Positions 47,692 through 57,723 of a stretch of 64,000 nt of DNA are shown piece after piece; position 1 is the stretch's first letter, and every line of letters begins with the position of its first letter. Source of the DNA: an uncultured virus (IMG/VR IMGVR_UViG_3300021399_000162). Its lineage: Duplodnaviria; Heunggongvirae; Uroviricota; Caudoviricetes. The notes beneath the pieces are model-generated. The model did no database searches. It saw only the letters and a program-made list of their open reading frames with translations, and had not been told where the DNA came from. The stretch is from IMG/VR virus record IMGVR_UViG_3300021399_000162. The stretch is one strand, 5' to 3'. The position numbers and the translations under genes are program-made.

Positions 47692-50600
47692 ATGGATTTC
47701 GTCCTGATCACGCACAGGTTTACAAAAGACGGGGCAGTGGAGGTGTACCCAAAGTTCATAATCAAAAGTCCTTCAGAGGATCTGATGATTAAAGGCGGAG
47801 ACTTCTACGCGGTTTGGGTAGAAGACCGACAGCTTTGGTCTACCGTAGAGCAGGACGTAATCGATCAGATTGACACACTCCTTGACAAATACGCCAAGGA
47901 GAATGCCACCAGGTTCGAGCCACGTCGTGTCAGAGTTCTACATATGTGGGACGCTGAGACTGGCATGGCCGACCGGTGGCATAAGTATTGTAAGCAGCAG
48001 ATGCGTGACTCGTTCCACATGCTGGATGAGAAACTTATATTCTCCAATACTGTCGTTAAAAAAGAAGACTATGCCTCCAAGAGACTTCCCTACCCGCTTG
48101 AGGAGGGGAAGACAGAGGCGTGGGATAAACTGATCGGAACCCTCTACAGTCCCGAAGAAAAACATAAAATCGAGTGGTGTATTGGAGCGATTGTCAGTGG
48201 TGACAGCAAGAAGCTCCAGAAGTTCATGGTTTTGAATGGCGATCCAGGAACAGGCAAATCTACACTGCTCGATATTTTGGATAAGAAGCTGTTTGTAGGG
48301 TACACAGATTCCGTGGACTCTTCAGCTTTGGGTTCTTCCTCGAACTCATTTGCTTTGGAGAGCTTCAAATCCAATCCGTTGGTCGCCATTCAGCATGAGG
48401 GTAACCTGAGTAGGATTGAGGACAACACTCGACTCAACTCACTGGTTTCCCACGACAAGATGACAGTCAATGAGAAGTTCAAGACCGCATATTCAAATGC
48501 ATTTAAGACGTTCTTGATACTTTCTTCAAACAGACCTGTCAAGATCACCGATGCTCGAAGTGGTTTGCTGAGACGATTGATAGACGTCATGCCAACTGGT
48601 GACAAGGTTGAGCGTAACGAATACGATCGGCTCAATACTCAGATCGACTTTGAGCTCGGTGCCATTGCTTGGAAGTGTCTCAAGATATATGAGGCGGACA
48701 AGCATTACTACGACACCTACGTCCCTACCCGAATGCTCCAAGCCACAAACGACTTCTACAATTATATTATGGATGGCGACACGTGGCTTGCATTCAAGAA
48801 TGATGATAGTACTACACTCACTGCAGCTTGGGCACTGTATAACAAGTATTGCGAGTATGCCAAGGTGCAATACCCGATGACACTCAGGCCGTTTAAGGAG
48901 GAGTTGAAGAATTATTTCAAAGAGTACCATGACCGCATCACGATTGACGGCGTCCGAGTCAGATCATACTACAAAGGATTCAAGTATGATAAATTCGAAA
49001 AAGACGAAGATGACGTTAGTATTCAAACCACTGTGGCCAAACAAGAGGGTATACATAGCTCTGAAGCCACGAAAGGATGGCTGCACCTGACCAAGATACC
49101 TAGTCTGCTTGATATTGAGCTGGCAGGTATGAAGGCACAGTATGCTCCACCTGAAGGCAAACACATGCGAACTTGGGATAATGTCACAATGACTCTGGCT
49201 GATCTGGACACGAGCAGACTTCATTATGTTCTTGTTCCGGATCAGCTTATTGTTGTTGACTTCGATATTACTGGTGAGAATGGCGAGAAAGATCTGGAAA
49301 GGAATCTTGAGGAAGCTTCGAAGTGGCCTGCGACCTATGCAGAGCTCAGTCAGAGCGGTAAAGCCATTCACCTGCATTATTACTACCAAGGCGATAAGAG
49401 TCTTCTCAGCAGCGTTTATGATGACAAGATTGAGATAAAGACTCTTACTGGCAAGCAGTCACTCAGGCGGAAACTGAGCTTATGTAATGATATTCCAATT
49501 GCCAAGATTTCCAGTGGTTTGCCAATGAAGGAGGTTAAGAAGACGCTAGATACTAAGCGGCTGTCAAGCGAGAAAAGTTTGAGAGAACTGATCAAGCGGA
49601 ATCTTGCAAAGGAGATACACCACGGGACCAAACCCTCAATTGACTTCATCTACAAAATTCTTGAGGATGCCTACGCAAGCGAGCTGAGTTATGACGTATC
49701 TGACATGCGTAATGCGATCACAGCGTTTGCGGCTGGCAGTACTCATCAGCCTGACTATTGTCTCAAGGTTGTTAACCGGATGAAGTTCATGTCTGAGGAC
49801 AAGATTCAGAGCGCTGTACAAAAAGCCGAAAACGGTTCGCGTATGGTGCCTTGCGATCTTGAGATATTTCCAAACCTGTTCCTCAACTGCTGGAAAGAAA
49901 TGGAAGACTATTCTCCGAACAGCTTTGAAGGAACACCGGAGGAGAAATGGCGTCAGTATATTGAGCGGCTGAAGGTTGATCACAAACCGGTTGTTAAGAT
50001 GTTCAACCCGAAGCCGTATGAGATTGAGGAATTTGTCAAGCGTCGGTTCTTTGGATTCAACAACCGGAACTATGACAATCATCTCATGTATGCGCGAATG
50101 ATGGGCTATAGCAACCTGCAGTGTTATACCTTGAGCAAACGCATCACAAGCAACGACCATACAGCTAAGTTCAGAGAGGCAAATGACCTGAGCGAGACTG
50201 ACGTGTATGACTTCGCATCTGCGAGTAATAAGAAATCTCTGAAGCAGCTTGAGATAGATATGGGGTTCTACCATCAGGAACTCGGTCTCGACTGGAACGA
50301 GGAAGTACCTGAGGAATTGTGGCCTAAGGTTGCAGCATATTGTGAGAACGATGTGCTGGCTACTGAAGCGGCATTTTGGTATCTCCAATCTGACTGGACT
50401 GCTCGAGAGATTCTGGCAGACATCGCTGGGATGACCGTGAACGATACGACAAACCAGCTGACAACCCGAATTATATTTGACCGGATGCGTAATCCTCAGA
50501 GTGAATTCCAGTATAGGAATCTCGCTTTGCCGGTTAAGGAATTAAAGGAAGAGGTTCTGAAGTTCCTGCGTGAGGCTGATCCTGAGATGATGAGTCATCT

Positions 50601-51942
50601 GCACGGTGATGAAGAGTCTCTCCTACCCTACTTTCCAGGTTATGTCAAAGAGAACGGTATCTCGACGTACAGAGGTGAAGAGGTCGGTGAAGGCGGTTAC
50701 GTCTATGCCGAGCCTGGTTGTTATATTGATGTGGCATTGCTTGACGTTGCATCAATGCACCCACACAGTATTATTGCCGAGTGCCTCTTTGGTCCAAGAT
50801 TTACGAAGAGATTCAAGGAAATCGTTGACGGTCGTGTTGATATTAAGCACGAAGCCTGGGATGAATGTAATAAGATCCTGGATGGAAAACTTGGGCCTTA
50901 TATTGAGAAGGTCAAGCGTGGTGAATTGACTTCCAAGGAACTCGCTAATGCTCTTAAGACGGCCATCAACTCAGTATACGGCTTGACTTCAGCAGCCTTT
51001 GATAATGCGTTCAGAGATCCTCGTAACGTCGATAACATCGTTGCAAAGCGTGGCGCATTGTTCATGGTTAACCTGAAGCATGAAGTCCAGGAGCGTGGAT
51101 TCACAGTCGCTCACATCAAGACAGACTCAATTAAGATCCCGAATGCAACTCCGGAGATCATCAAGTTTGTCATGGATTATGGCAAGGACTATGGATACAC
51201 GTTCGAACACGAGGCTACATATGAACGTATGTGTCTCGTGAATGACGCTGTATATATTGCAAGATATGCGACAGCGGATAAGTGTAAGGAACTCTATGGA
51301 TATGCTCCTGGCGAGAATGCCAAGCACGGTGGTCAGTGGACAGCTACAGGAAAGCAGTTTGCTGTGCCGTATGTCTTCAAGACCCTGTTTAGTCATGAAC
51401 CGATTGTGTTCAATGACTTGTGCGAGACGTTTAGAGTCACTGGAGCATTATATTTGGACAATAATGAAGGTCTTCCTGATGTGAGTGAGTACGAGAAAGA
51501 ACTGAAGAAGTTCCTCAAGGAAAACCAGGCTGATTGGGAAGAGTACAACGATCATCTGAAATATGCTTACACACTTGATGAAAGGGCCGAGAATCCAGTT
51601 GCAGCTCGCTTTGAGGACAAGTGTAGATATTTTGATGAGCAGATTGCCAAAGGCCACAACTACCAGTTTGTGGGACGCGTTGGATTGTTCACACCTGTAA
51701 AGCCAGGAACTGGCGGTGGATTGTTACTTCGGAGATCCGATGATAACAAGTTCACCTCTGCTACTGGTGCTAAAGGATTCAGGTGGGTCGAAAGCACGTC
51801 GATCAATGCTGAGAGAATTATCGCCAATGGCAAACCAACGTTTACTATGGACGACATTGATCATGGCTTTTACATTAAGCTTGTTGACGATGCCAGAAAT
51901 GCAATTAGCCAGTATTGTGATTTTGACTGGTTTGTGAATTGA
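47692..51942 (+). CDS. Helicase (SF3/D5-like) - primase - 3'-5' exonuclease - family-B-like DNA polymerase fusion
   Basis: GDPGTGKST; VDFD...ELSQSGKAIHLHY; DLEIF, GFNNRNYD, YCENDV; LDVASMHP, K.AINSVYG, HIKTDSI. Confidence 0.85.
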   Translation: MDFVLITHRFTKDGAVEVYPKFIIKSPSEDLMIKGGDFYAVWVEDRQLWSTVEQDVIDQIDTLLDKYAKENATRFEPRRVRVLHMWDAETGMADRWHKYCKQQMRDSFHMLDEKLIFSNTVVKKEDYASKRLPYPLEEGKTEAWDKLIGTLYSPEEKHKIEWCIGAIVSGDSKKLQKFMVLNGDPGTGKSTLLDILDKKLFVGYTDSVDSSALGSSSNSFALESFKSNPLVAIQHEGNLSRIEDNTRLNSLVSHDKMTVNEKFKTAYSNAFKTFLILSSNRPVKITDARSGLLRRLIDVMPTGDKVERNEYDRLNTQIDFELGAIAWKCLKIYEADKHYYDTYVPTRMLQATNDFYNYIMDGDTWLAFKNDDSTTLTAAWALYNKYCEYAKVQYPMTLRPFKEELKNYFKEYHDRITIDGVRVRSYYKGFKYDKFEKDEDDVSIQTTVAKQEGIHSSEATKGWLHLTKIPSLLDIELAGMKAQYAPPEGKHMRTWDNVTMTLADLDTSRLHYVLVPDQLIVVDFDITGENGEKDLERNLEEASKWPATYAELSQSGKAIHLHYYYQGDKSLLSSVYDDKIEIKTLTGKQSLRRKLSLCNDIPIAKISSGLPMKEVKKTLDTKRLSSEKSLRELIKRNLAKEIHHGTKPSIDFIYKILEDAYASELSYDVSDMRNAITAFAAGSTHQPDYCLKVVNRMKFMSEDKIQSAVQKAENGSRMVPCDLEIFPNLFLNCWKEMEDYSPNSFEGTPEEKWRQYIERLKVDHKPVVKMFNPKPYEIEEFVKRRFFGFNNRNYDNHLMYARMMGYSNLQCYTLSKRITSNDHTAKFREANDLSETDVYDFASASNKKSLKQLEIDMGFYHQELGLDWNEEVPEELWPKVAAYCENDVLATEAAFWYLQSDWTAREILADIAGMTVNDTTNQLTTRIIFDRMRNPQSEFQYRNLALPVKELKEEVLKFLREADPEMMSHLHGDEESLLPYFPGYVKENGISTYRGEEVGEGGYVYAEPGCYIDVALLDVASMHPHSIIAECLFGPRFTKRFKEIVDGRVDIKHEAWDECNKILDGKLGPYIEKVKRGELTSKELANALKTAINSVYGLTSAAFDNAFRDPRNVDNIVAKRGALFMVNLKHEVQERGFTVAHIKTDSIKIPNATPEIIKFVMDYGKDYGYTFEHEATYERMCLVNDAVYIARYATADKCKELYGYAPGENAKHGGQWTATGKQFAVPYVFKTLFSHEPIVFNDLCETFRVTGALYLDNNEGLPDVSEYEKELKKFLKENQADWEEYNDHLKYAYTLDERAENPVAARFEDKCRYFDEQIAKGHNYQFVGRVGLFTPVKPGTGGGLLLRRSDDNKFTSATGAKGFRWVESTSINAERIIANGKPTFTMDDIDHGFYIKLVDDARNAISQYCDFDWFVN

Positions 51943-51957
51943 GAGGAGATTATATTT

Positions 51958-52506
51958 ATGATTAATGGTTTCACGTCTTTCAACGTTAACCTTGATAGTA
52001 CCAACTTCATCTTTGCTACCAATTTCGCAGGTGATCCGTCTCGTGACCGCTTCAATGATACCCGTCGCAAGTGCAACATCCTTGTGCCCAAGACCATGGT
52101 TGAGGATCTGCGCTCTAAGGGTGTGACGATCAAGGAAACTAAGCCGCGTGAGACTGACGATCCTGCTACGTTTGTTCCGGAGTATTATGTTTCTGCTCAG
52201 GTGAAATACCGCAAGCGCGATGGCTCTCTGGTCAAGTATCCTCCGAAGGTATACCTTGTGGTCGGAAACAATCCTCCTGTACTGCTTGATGAAGGCAGTA
52301 TTGATTGTCTGGATGCAATCCGGGTCAAGAATGTGCGTACTGTTCTCAGTCCTTATGCTCAGGAAACACCGAACGGTCTGCGTGTCAGTATGTATGTCCG
52401 TGTGATGTATGTTGAGCAGGACTTGACTGATGATCCGTATGCTGATTACTATCGTCGTACGAATGAAGTCAACCAGGATGCCGATCCTGAGGATGAGCCG
52501 TTCTAA
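51958..52506 (+). CDS. Single-stranded DNA-binding protein
   Basis: NFAG....FN...R; acidic tail ending DEPF; follows the polymerase. Confidence 0.7.
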   Translation: MINGFTSFNVNLDSTNFIFATNFAGDPSRDRFNDTRRKCNILVPKTMVEDLRSKGVTIKETKPRETDDPATFVPEYYVSAQVKYRKRDGSLVKYPPKVYLVVGNNPPVLLDEGSIDCLDAIRVKNVRTVLSPYAQETPNGLRVSMYVRVMYVEQDLTDDPYADYYRRTNEVNQDADPEDEPF

Positions 52507-52563
52507 TATCGGATCCGCGATATTTGTCCCTCCTATTATGAAATAATTAAGGAGGTGCTCTTT

Positions 52564-52863
52564 ATGGCACGTTTGATTCTCAATATTGTTTCTTTGTATA
52601 TTGGACTCGGAATTGCGACGACTGTTATCGTGGTAGTATGTCTGGCACTGACGATCACATGGATGTCCGATGTCAAGCTTGGTGAGGCTTTTTTAAGGGC
52701 AACAACCTTTGCAAAAGTCTCCGGACTACTGGCATCGACATTTCTATGGCCGGCTGTATGGATTGACTTCTTCCGGAAATACCCCGAGCAATCAAAGAAA
52801 AGTATACCTGAACAATCACGAGAATATGACGAGATGGTAAAGGATATACTCGAGAACAGTTAA
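52564..52863 (+). CDS. Two-TM membrane protein, cassette 1
   Basis: Y.G and FLWP motifs; has its own promoter and hairpin. Confidence 0.65.
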   Translation: MARLILNIVSLYIGLGIATTVIVVVCLALTITWMSDVKLGEAFLRATTFAKVSGLLASTFLWPAVWIDFFRKYPEQSKKSIPEQSREYDEMVKDILENS

Positions 52864-52967
52864 TTTCAGGCCTAAAGGTCTTGAGTGTGACAGCTCAAGG
52901 CCTTTTAGGCTTTGCCCGCGAGTTTTATACCTCCTATTATGAAATAAAACTTAAGGAGGTTTTTCTC

Positions 52968-53240
52968 ATGTCGTTTGATAGTATCGTATGTGTTTATTTC
53001 TGTGTTGGAATGATCTCATTTCCATGGATGAGCATAGCCATGGCACTGTATGTAAACCATGGTGAAGATCCGGCAACGGGGCTTAAGATTATTGTGGATA
53101 GCCACAGTAACATTGAGCTTCTGATTGGGTTCTTCATCATGATTATTCTGTGGCCACTGGTGCTGCTTGGAACTGTAAAAGGGATGTTCCAACGAGAAAA
53201 AGCACGCGAACTTGTGAACACACAGGAGACGGACGAGTAA
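52968..53240 (+). CDS. Two-TM membrane protein, cassette 2
   Basis: YF.VG and ILWP motifs. Confidence 0.65.
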   Translation: MSFDSIVCVYFCVGMISFPWMSIAMALYVNHGEDPATGLKIIVDSHSNIELLIGFFIMIILWPLVLLGTVKGMFQREKARELVNTQETDE

Positions 53241-53342
53241 TTTCAGACTTGAAAGGTCTTGAGTATGACAGCTCAAGGCCTTTTAGGTTTTGTCCGCGAT
53301 ATTTGCACCTCCCATTATGAATAAGATTAAGGAGGTGCCTTT

Positions 53343-53591
53343 ATGGCAACTATTTGGACTATTATCTGTTGGTATTCGCAAATTGGTAAGATCGTGTATA
53401 TACTCTGCCGCTGCTTGTACTGGTTCAACGAAGGAGGCGGAAACTTCATCCGTGGCATCAAAGCCTGGTTTAACAAACTTGGCAGTCATGCTGAAGATGA
53501 ATTAAACCTGATCTTCGTTGCCTGGTTACTGTGGCCGGCTCTTATATACAAGACCATCAAGTTGCTTCGTGCCAAAGATGTAGCAAAATGA
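53343..53591 (+). CDS. Membrane protein, cassette 3
   Basis: Y..IG and LLWP motifs. Confidence 0.65.
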   Translation: MATIWTIICWYSQIGKIVYILCRCLYWFNEGGGNFIRGIKAWFNKLGSHAEDELNLIFVAWLLWPALIYKTIKLLRAKDVAK

Positions 53592-53796
53592 TTGTCTACT
53601 GGTAGAACTAAATCGGTTCGATTTAAAAGGTCTTGGGTATAACAGCTCAAGGCCTTTTGAGTTTTGACTTGGAGGTGAGTGCGATGGATTACAGGAGTAT
53701 CACTTGTAGTAGATATTTCTATACTTGGGAGCTTGAAGTCCGTAATGGATACCATCCACCTAAAAAGAAGAGACGATTGTGGAAGGAGTTTGTACA

Positions 53797-54270
53797 ATGG
53801 CTGACAATGAAGAAAAACTGAAGAGCACCATTTCTAATCCGATAGACGAGTGTGTGTTTGAAAGTCTTTTCGGCATACCTCATCTTAGATCAGATATGCC
53901 TTTGGCGCCTGCATTGCTTGAAGAAACCATTAACAATCTTAACAAAAATCAAATACTGGAGGAGAAGAAACCTATGATGAATCGCAAGGAAGTACTTGAT
54001 AGAGCTGACCAGTGTGTGAACGGAGACCGTGAAGGCTCGTACGGATCGCCTGAGAATAACTTCGCCCGCATTGCAAAGATGTGGAATGCATACCTCGGGA
54101 ACACATACCCTCGCAAGGATCTAAAGCCTTCTGACGTTGCTGCTATGTTGGCCCTGCTCAAACTTGCTCGCATCGGTTCCGGCAACTACAAAGATGACAA
54201 CTGGATTGACCTTGCAGGCTATGCGGCTTGCGGTGGAGAGCTCCAGAGTATGGAGGAAGATGACGAATGA
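53797..54270 (+). CDS. DUF6378-like protein (alternative start at 53974)
   Basis: L..A..CV.GDR...YG.PE.NF..IA..W..YL...DVA.ML.LLK.AR......DNW.DLAGYAAC. Confidence 0.7.
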   Translation: MADNEEKLKSTISNPIDECVFESLFGIPHLRSDMPLAPALLEETINNLNKNQILEEKKPMMNRKEVLDRADQCVNGDREGSYGSPENNFARIAKMWNAYLGNTYPRKDLKPSDVAAMLALLKLARIGSGNYKDDNWIDLAGYAACGGELQSMEEDDE

Positions 54271-54458
54271 CAACTGACGACATGCGGAATTATATCCGCT
54301 GCATCTATGGTGACCGGATCAGAGGGCAGTGGATAGGCCACATGTCCGACAATCAGGTCATTGCAATCTACCGTTCACTCCAAGCAAGAGGAATAACCAA
54401 GCCTGTTGTCAAGAAAGATCCTCCCGGTGAAAAGTACGAACAGCTTTCTTTCCTGTAA
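54267..54458 (+). CDS. Hypothetical protein
   Basis: MR..I...Y...W...MSDNQVIAIY. Confidence 0.55.
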   Translation: MTTDDMRNYIRCIYGDRIRGQWIGHMSDNQVIAIYRSLQARGITKPVVKKDPPGEKYEQLSFL

Positions 54459-54527
54459 GCGCGAATTTTGCATCCTCCATTATGAACAGAACGTTCACAA
54501 TAAAATTAAATTTGGAGGATTTGACTT

Positions 54528-54938
54528 ATGAAGAAAATGTTTGTGCTTTATCTGGTACTGGCTCTGGTGTTCGGAATTATGAACATTGTTGTGGCAGAAA
54601 TGGAACCGATATCGGTTGTTGATTCATATCTTGAAGAAGACGAGCACGTAGAAGTTTGGGTGGCAAGTCGGTATCATGGCTTTGAGGCTGATGGCGACAC
54701 TCGTGAATACGAAATTTACGAGTACATTATCGGCACTGAAGACCATGCGCTGACAGACACCGTGATTGCTTACGTTACCGTCGATGGAGACATCTATCAA
54801 GAACCTGTTCGGGCCTGGCTTGACACTGACAAGTTTGATATTAATGACACACCTGAGACTATGGCCCAGAAGGTTATTGACTTGGCTAAAGAAAGCAAAG
54901 ACTACGATTTACTGGCTATTGGTTGGACGACAAAGTGA
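54528..54938 (+). CDS. Secreted or membrane-anchored acidic protein
   Basis: MKK plus hydrophobic signal peptide; promoter 54460. Confidence 0.65.
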   Translation: MKKMFVLYLVLALVFGIMNIVVAEMEPISVVDSYLEEDEHVEVWVASRYHGFEADGDTREYEIYEYIIGTEDHALTDTVIAYVTVDGDIYQEPVRAWLDTDKFDINDTPETMAQKVIDLAKESKDYDLLAIGWTTK

Positions 54939-55003
54939 CAAAGGCTGGAGGCTGTGCTGATGAAAAGGCATGGTCTCTTTCCTTTTTGTTTGGAGTGACA
55001 GAC

Positions 55004-56257
55004 TTGTTTAAATTGAAGAAGCACCAAAGAGATGCACTGAAGCAGATTCATAATGGATGCATCGTGTGCGGCGGAGTTGGCTCAGGTAAATCGCTGACGG
55101 CTCTGTCGTACTATTATATTCTTAATGGCGGAAGCGAAGCGTTTCTTAACGGCGAATCATACGGCAAAATGAGCAGTCCAAGCGATTTGTACATCATTAC
55201 CACTGCTAGAAAACGAGATACCTTTGAGTGGAAAAAGGAACTGGCCGTCTTTCTGCTCTCCCAAAACACAGAACTAACACCTTACCACAACAAGGTAGTT
55301 GTTGATAGCTGGCAGAATGTACAGAAGTATATTTCCGTTAAGAACGCTTTCTTCATATTTGATGAGCAGCGTGTCGTGGGATCGGGCGCTTGGGCAAAGG
55401 CGTTCATCAAGATCTCGAAGAGCAACCAATGGATTATGTTGTCGGCTACTCCTGGCGATTCCTGGAGTGATTATGCTGCCGTGTTTATAGCAAATGGTTT
55501 TTACAAGAGTTTCACTGAGTTCCGCAACGAGCACGTTGTATATAGTGCATTCACTTCTTATCCGAAGATTGATAAATACATTGGAACAAAGAAACTCGAG
55601 CGATATCGAGACTTGGTACTGGTTGACATGTCGTTCGTTCGCAGAACCACTGCTCATCATTATGATATTTTTACAGGCTTTGATGGAGACCGGTACAAGC
55701 GTGTGTATCGTGAACGGGTTGATCCGGACACTGGCGAGCCCATACAGAACGCTGCCGGTCTTTGCTATACCCTTCGAAGGATTGTGAACTCGGATGAGTC
55801 CAGGCAGGTTGCTATGCTGGAATTGGCTGAGCAGTGGCCTAAGATGATCGTATTCTACAACTTCGACTATGAGCTTGATATTCTCAGAGGGTTAGCCTGG
55901 CCTGAAGGAACTGTAGTAACTGAATGGAACGGTCATAAGCACGATCCCATTGCTGTCGAGTCAGACAGGTGGATCTACTTAGTTCAGTACAACTCTGGAG
56001 CTGAGGGTTGGAACTGTATTGAGACAAACGTGCTTGTGTTCTATTCTCAGAATTACTCATACAAAATGATGGTGCAGTCAGCAGGACGTATTGATCGGAT
56101 GAATACGCCTTTTATTGATTTGTACTATTACCATCTGAAGAGCAGGTCGGGTATTGATCTTGCGATTAGTCGGGCTCTTGCTCAGAAGAAGAACTTTAAT
56201 GAAGGGAGGTTCTGCTTGAAATGGGCGGAGCAACAGAATCCCCGAAGTGGCATATGA
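55004..56257 (+). CDS. SF2 DNA helicase
   Basis: GVGSGKS, FDEQ, LSATP, GAEG.N, QSAGRIDR. Confidence 0.85.
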   Translation: MFKLKKHQRDALKQIHNGCIVCGGVGSGKSLTALSYYYILNGGSEAFLNGESYGKMSSPSDLYIITTARKRDTFEWKKELAVFLLSQNTELTPYHNKVVVDSWQNVQKYISVKNAFFIFDEQRVVGSGAWAKAFIKISKSNQWIMLSATPGDSWSDYAAVFIANGFYKSFTEFRNEHVVYSAFTSYPKIDKYIGTKKLERYRDLVLVDMSFVRRTTAHHYDIFTGFDGDRYKRVYRERVDPDTGEPIQNAAGLCYTLRRIVNSDESRQVAMLELAEQWPKMIVFYNFDYELDILRGLAWPEGTVVTEWNGHKHDPIAVESDRWIYLVQYNSGAEGWNCIETNVLVFYSQNYSYKMMVQSAGRIDRMNTPFIDLYYYHLKSRSGIDLAISRALAQKKNFNEGRFCLKWAEQQNPRSGI

Positions 56258-56422
56258 AGTGGGGTGTGCGCGTGAATTCGGAGGTGAAGCCTGTTGGTAC
56301 CAAAATTAACTGTACAGGTTGTTTGCACTTATATTTGAACTCAGACGGATCGTATGGGTGCGATCATCCAGGTGAACATGCTTGCTTAACTAGTCGGTAC
56401 AGAGTGTTTAAGGAGGTTAAAG

Positions 56423-56734
56423 ATGAGTGATTACTGGTACTATCTAATTATATTCCTGCTGTCTTTTATTACTCTGCAGTTGATGAGGATACGGTATCGT
56501 CTTGATCAGATTAAAGATAAACTCGATCACCATAACAAAGTAACTGTTGATATGATCCGGCAGTTAGATAATACCATTGTGCGAAACTACTCATTTTGTG
56601 TTGACGATGGGTTTAGTGGATGGCAGCCTTGGAGCATTGATAGTTTTAAGGAGGGTGAAAACAATGACGGCAGACGAGGAGAGGCTGGAACGAGCCAAGA
56701 TCAAGCAACTGGAGAAGATAGCTACGATTCTTGA
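56423..56734 (+). CDS. Hypothetical membrane protein
   Basis: N-terminal TM helix; RBS AAGGAGG. Confidence 0.5.
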   Translation: MSDYWYYLIIFLLSFITLQLMRIRYRLDQIKDKLDHHNKVTVDMIRQLDNTIVRNYSFCVDDGFSGWQPWSIDSFKEGENNDGRRGEAGTSQDQATGEDSYDS

Positions 56735-56885
56735 CAAAATTGATAAGCATCTTAAGGCACTGATTCCGGAACCGCCTAAGGATGTTATTGAGAATGATGA
56801 TCCTTTCCGAACTGGATATTTGAAAGATGGTATGAAACTTAGTGTTACTTGTGATGTTGAGGAGGGCAACACAGATGAAATTTGA
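56664..56885 (+). CDS. Hypothetical protein
   Basis: RBS AAGGAGG before MTADEE. Confidence 0.45.
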   Translation: MTADEERLERAKIKQLEKIATILDKIDKHLKALIPEPPKDVIENDDPFRTGYLKDGMKLSVTCDVEEGNTDEI

Positions 56886-57693
56886 TGGAAAGAACCTTGA
56901 AGAAGTATTGGCAGCACAAAAACGGTATGTTGAGGAATGGGTTAGTCACGGCGAAGTAGAAGCATCTATAGCTGATTTCAGCGAATGCCAGTTGAGGGGT
57001 ATTGATTTCTCTCGTCGTGATTTGAGTGAGGCTGATTTCTCCGGCTGCTATCTGATTGAATGTAAATTCAATGATGCCAATCTACACAGTGCTAATTTCA
57101 GGAATGCCACTCTGGAAGAAGTAGAGTTCAAATCTACGAAAATGACTTGTGTAGATTTTGAGAATGCTCGTATTGATGTAAGCATTTTCGAAGATGTGAG
57201 TCTTTATTACGCCAATTTCCATAATGCTCAACTGATGTATACGGATATTAACCATTCCAGGATCAACGATGACACCTGTTTGTGTGGTCTTAGACTGCAT
57301 AAGGTCAAGAATATGCCTTATGTTCCCATGGTCTGTCCTGAAGAGGGTGAGTTCATTGGATGGAAGGCTTGCGACTATGGATATTCTGATTTCCACAAGA
57401 GTCAGACAGTCATTGTGAAGCTGCGTATACCTGCTGATGCAAAACGTTCGTCCGCTCTTGGTCGTAAGTGTCGTGCAAGCAAAGCTGAGGTGCTGGCTGT
57501 GTATGATCTTGACGGTAACGAATTGGACCCAGCGATTACTCCTCATTCCTTCTTTAATGATAACTTCATGTACCATGTCGGAGCCATTGTTGAACCAACT
57601 GTCCCCTTTGAGGAAAACCGTTGGGAGGAATGCGCTCCTGGTATTCACTTCTTTATCAACCGTCGGGAAGCAATTGAGTATGTAAGTGTTTAA
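56875..57693 (+). CDS. Pentapeptide-repeat protein with DUF5758-like C-terminus
   Basis: ADFS/ANF repeats; CPEEG.FIGWK...IP.DAKRSSA.GRKCRAS.A...W.ECAPGIHFFI.R.EA. Confidence 0.8.
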   Translation: MKFDGKNLEEVLAAQKRYVEEWVSHGEVEASIADFSECQLRGIDFSRRDLSEADFSGCYLIECKFNDANLHSANFRNATLEEVEFKSTKMTCVDFENARIDVSIFEDVSLYYANFHNAQLMYTDINHSRINDDTCLCGLRLHKVKNMPYVPMVCPEEGEFIGWKACDYGYSDFHKSQTVIVKLRIPADAKRSSALGRKCRASKAEVLAVYDLDGNELDPAITPHSFFNDNFMYHVGAIVEPTVPFEENRWEECAPGIHFFINRREAIEYVSV

Positions 57694-57723
57694 ATTATAT
57701 TTAATTAAGGAGGATTTAACTTT

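Larger units (their letters stand above)
52871..53658 (+). terminator. Three near-identical hairpins AAAGGTCTTGRG-TRTRACAG-CTCAAGGCCTTTT at about 52874, 53252 and 53626
   Basis: Direct sequence comparison. Confidence 0.8.

Noticed and set aside
52516..53670. CRISPR array or integron
   Set aside because: Repeats are separated by 250-300-bp ORFs rather than 30-40-nt spacers; there is no cas operon, and no attC-type R-box pattern was recognised.
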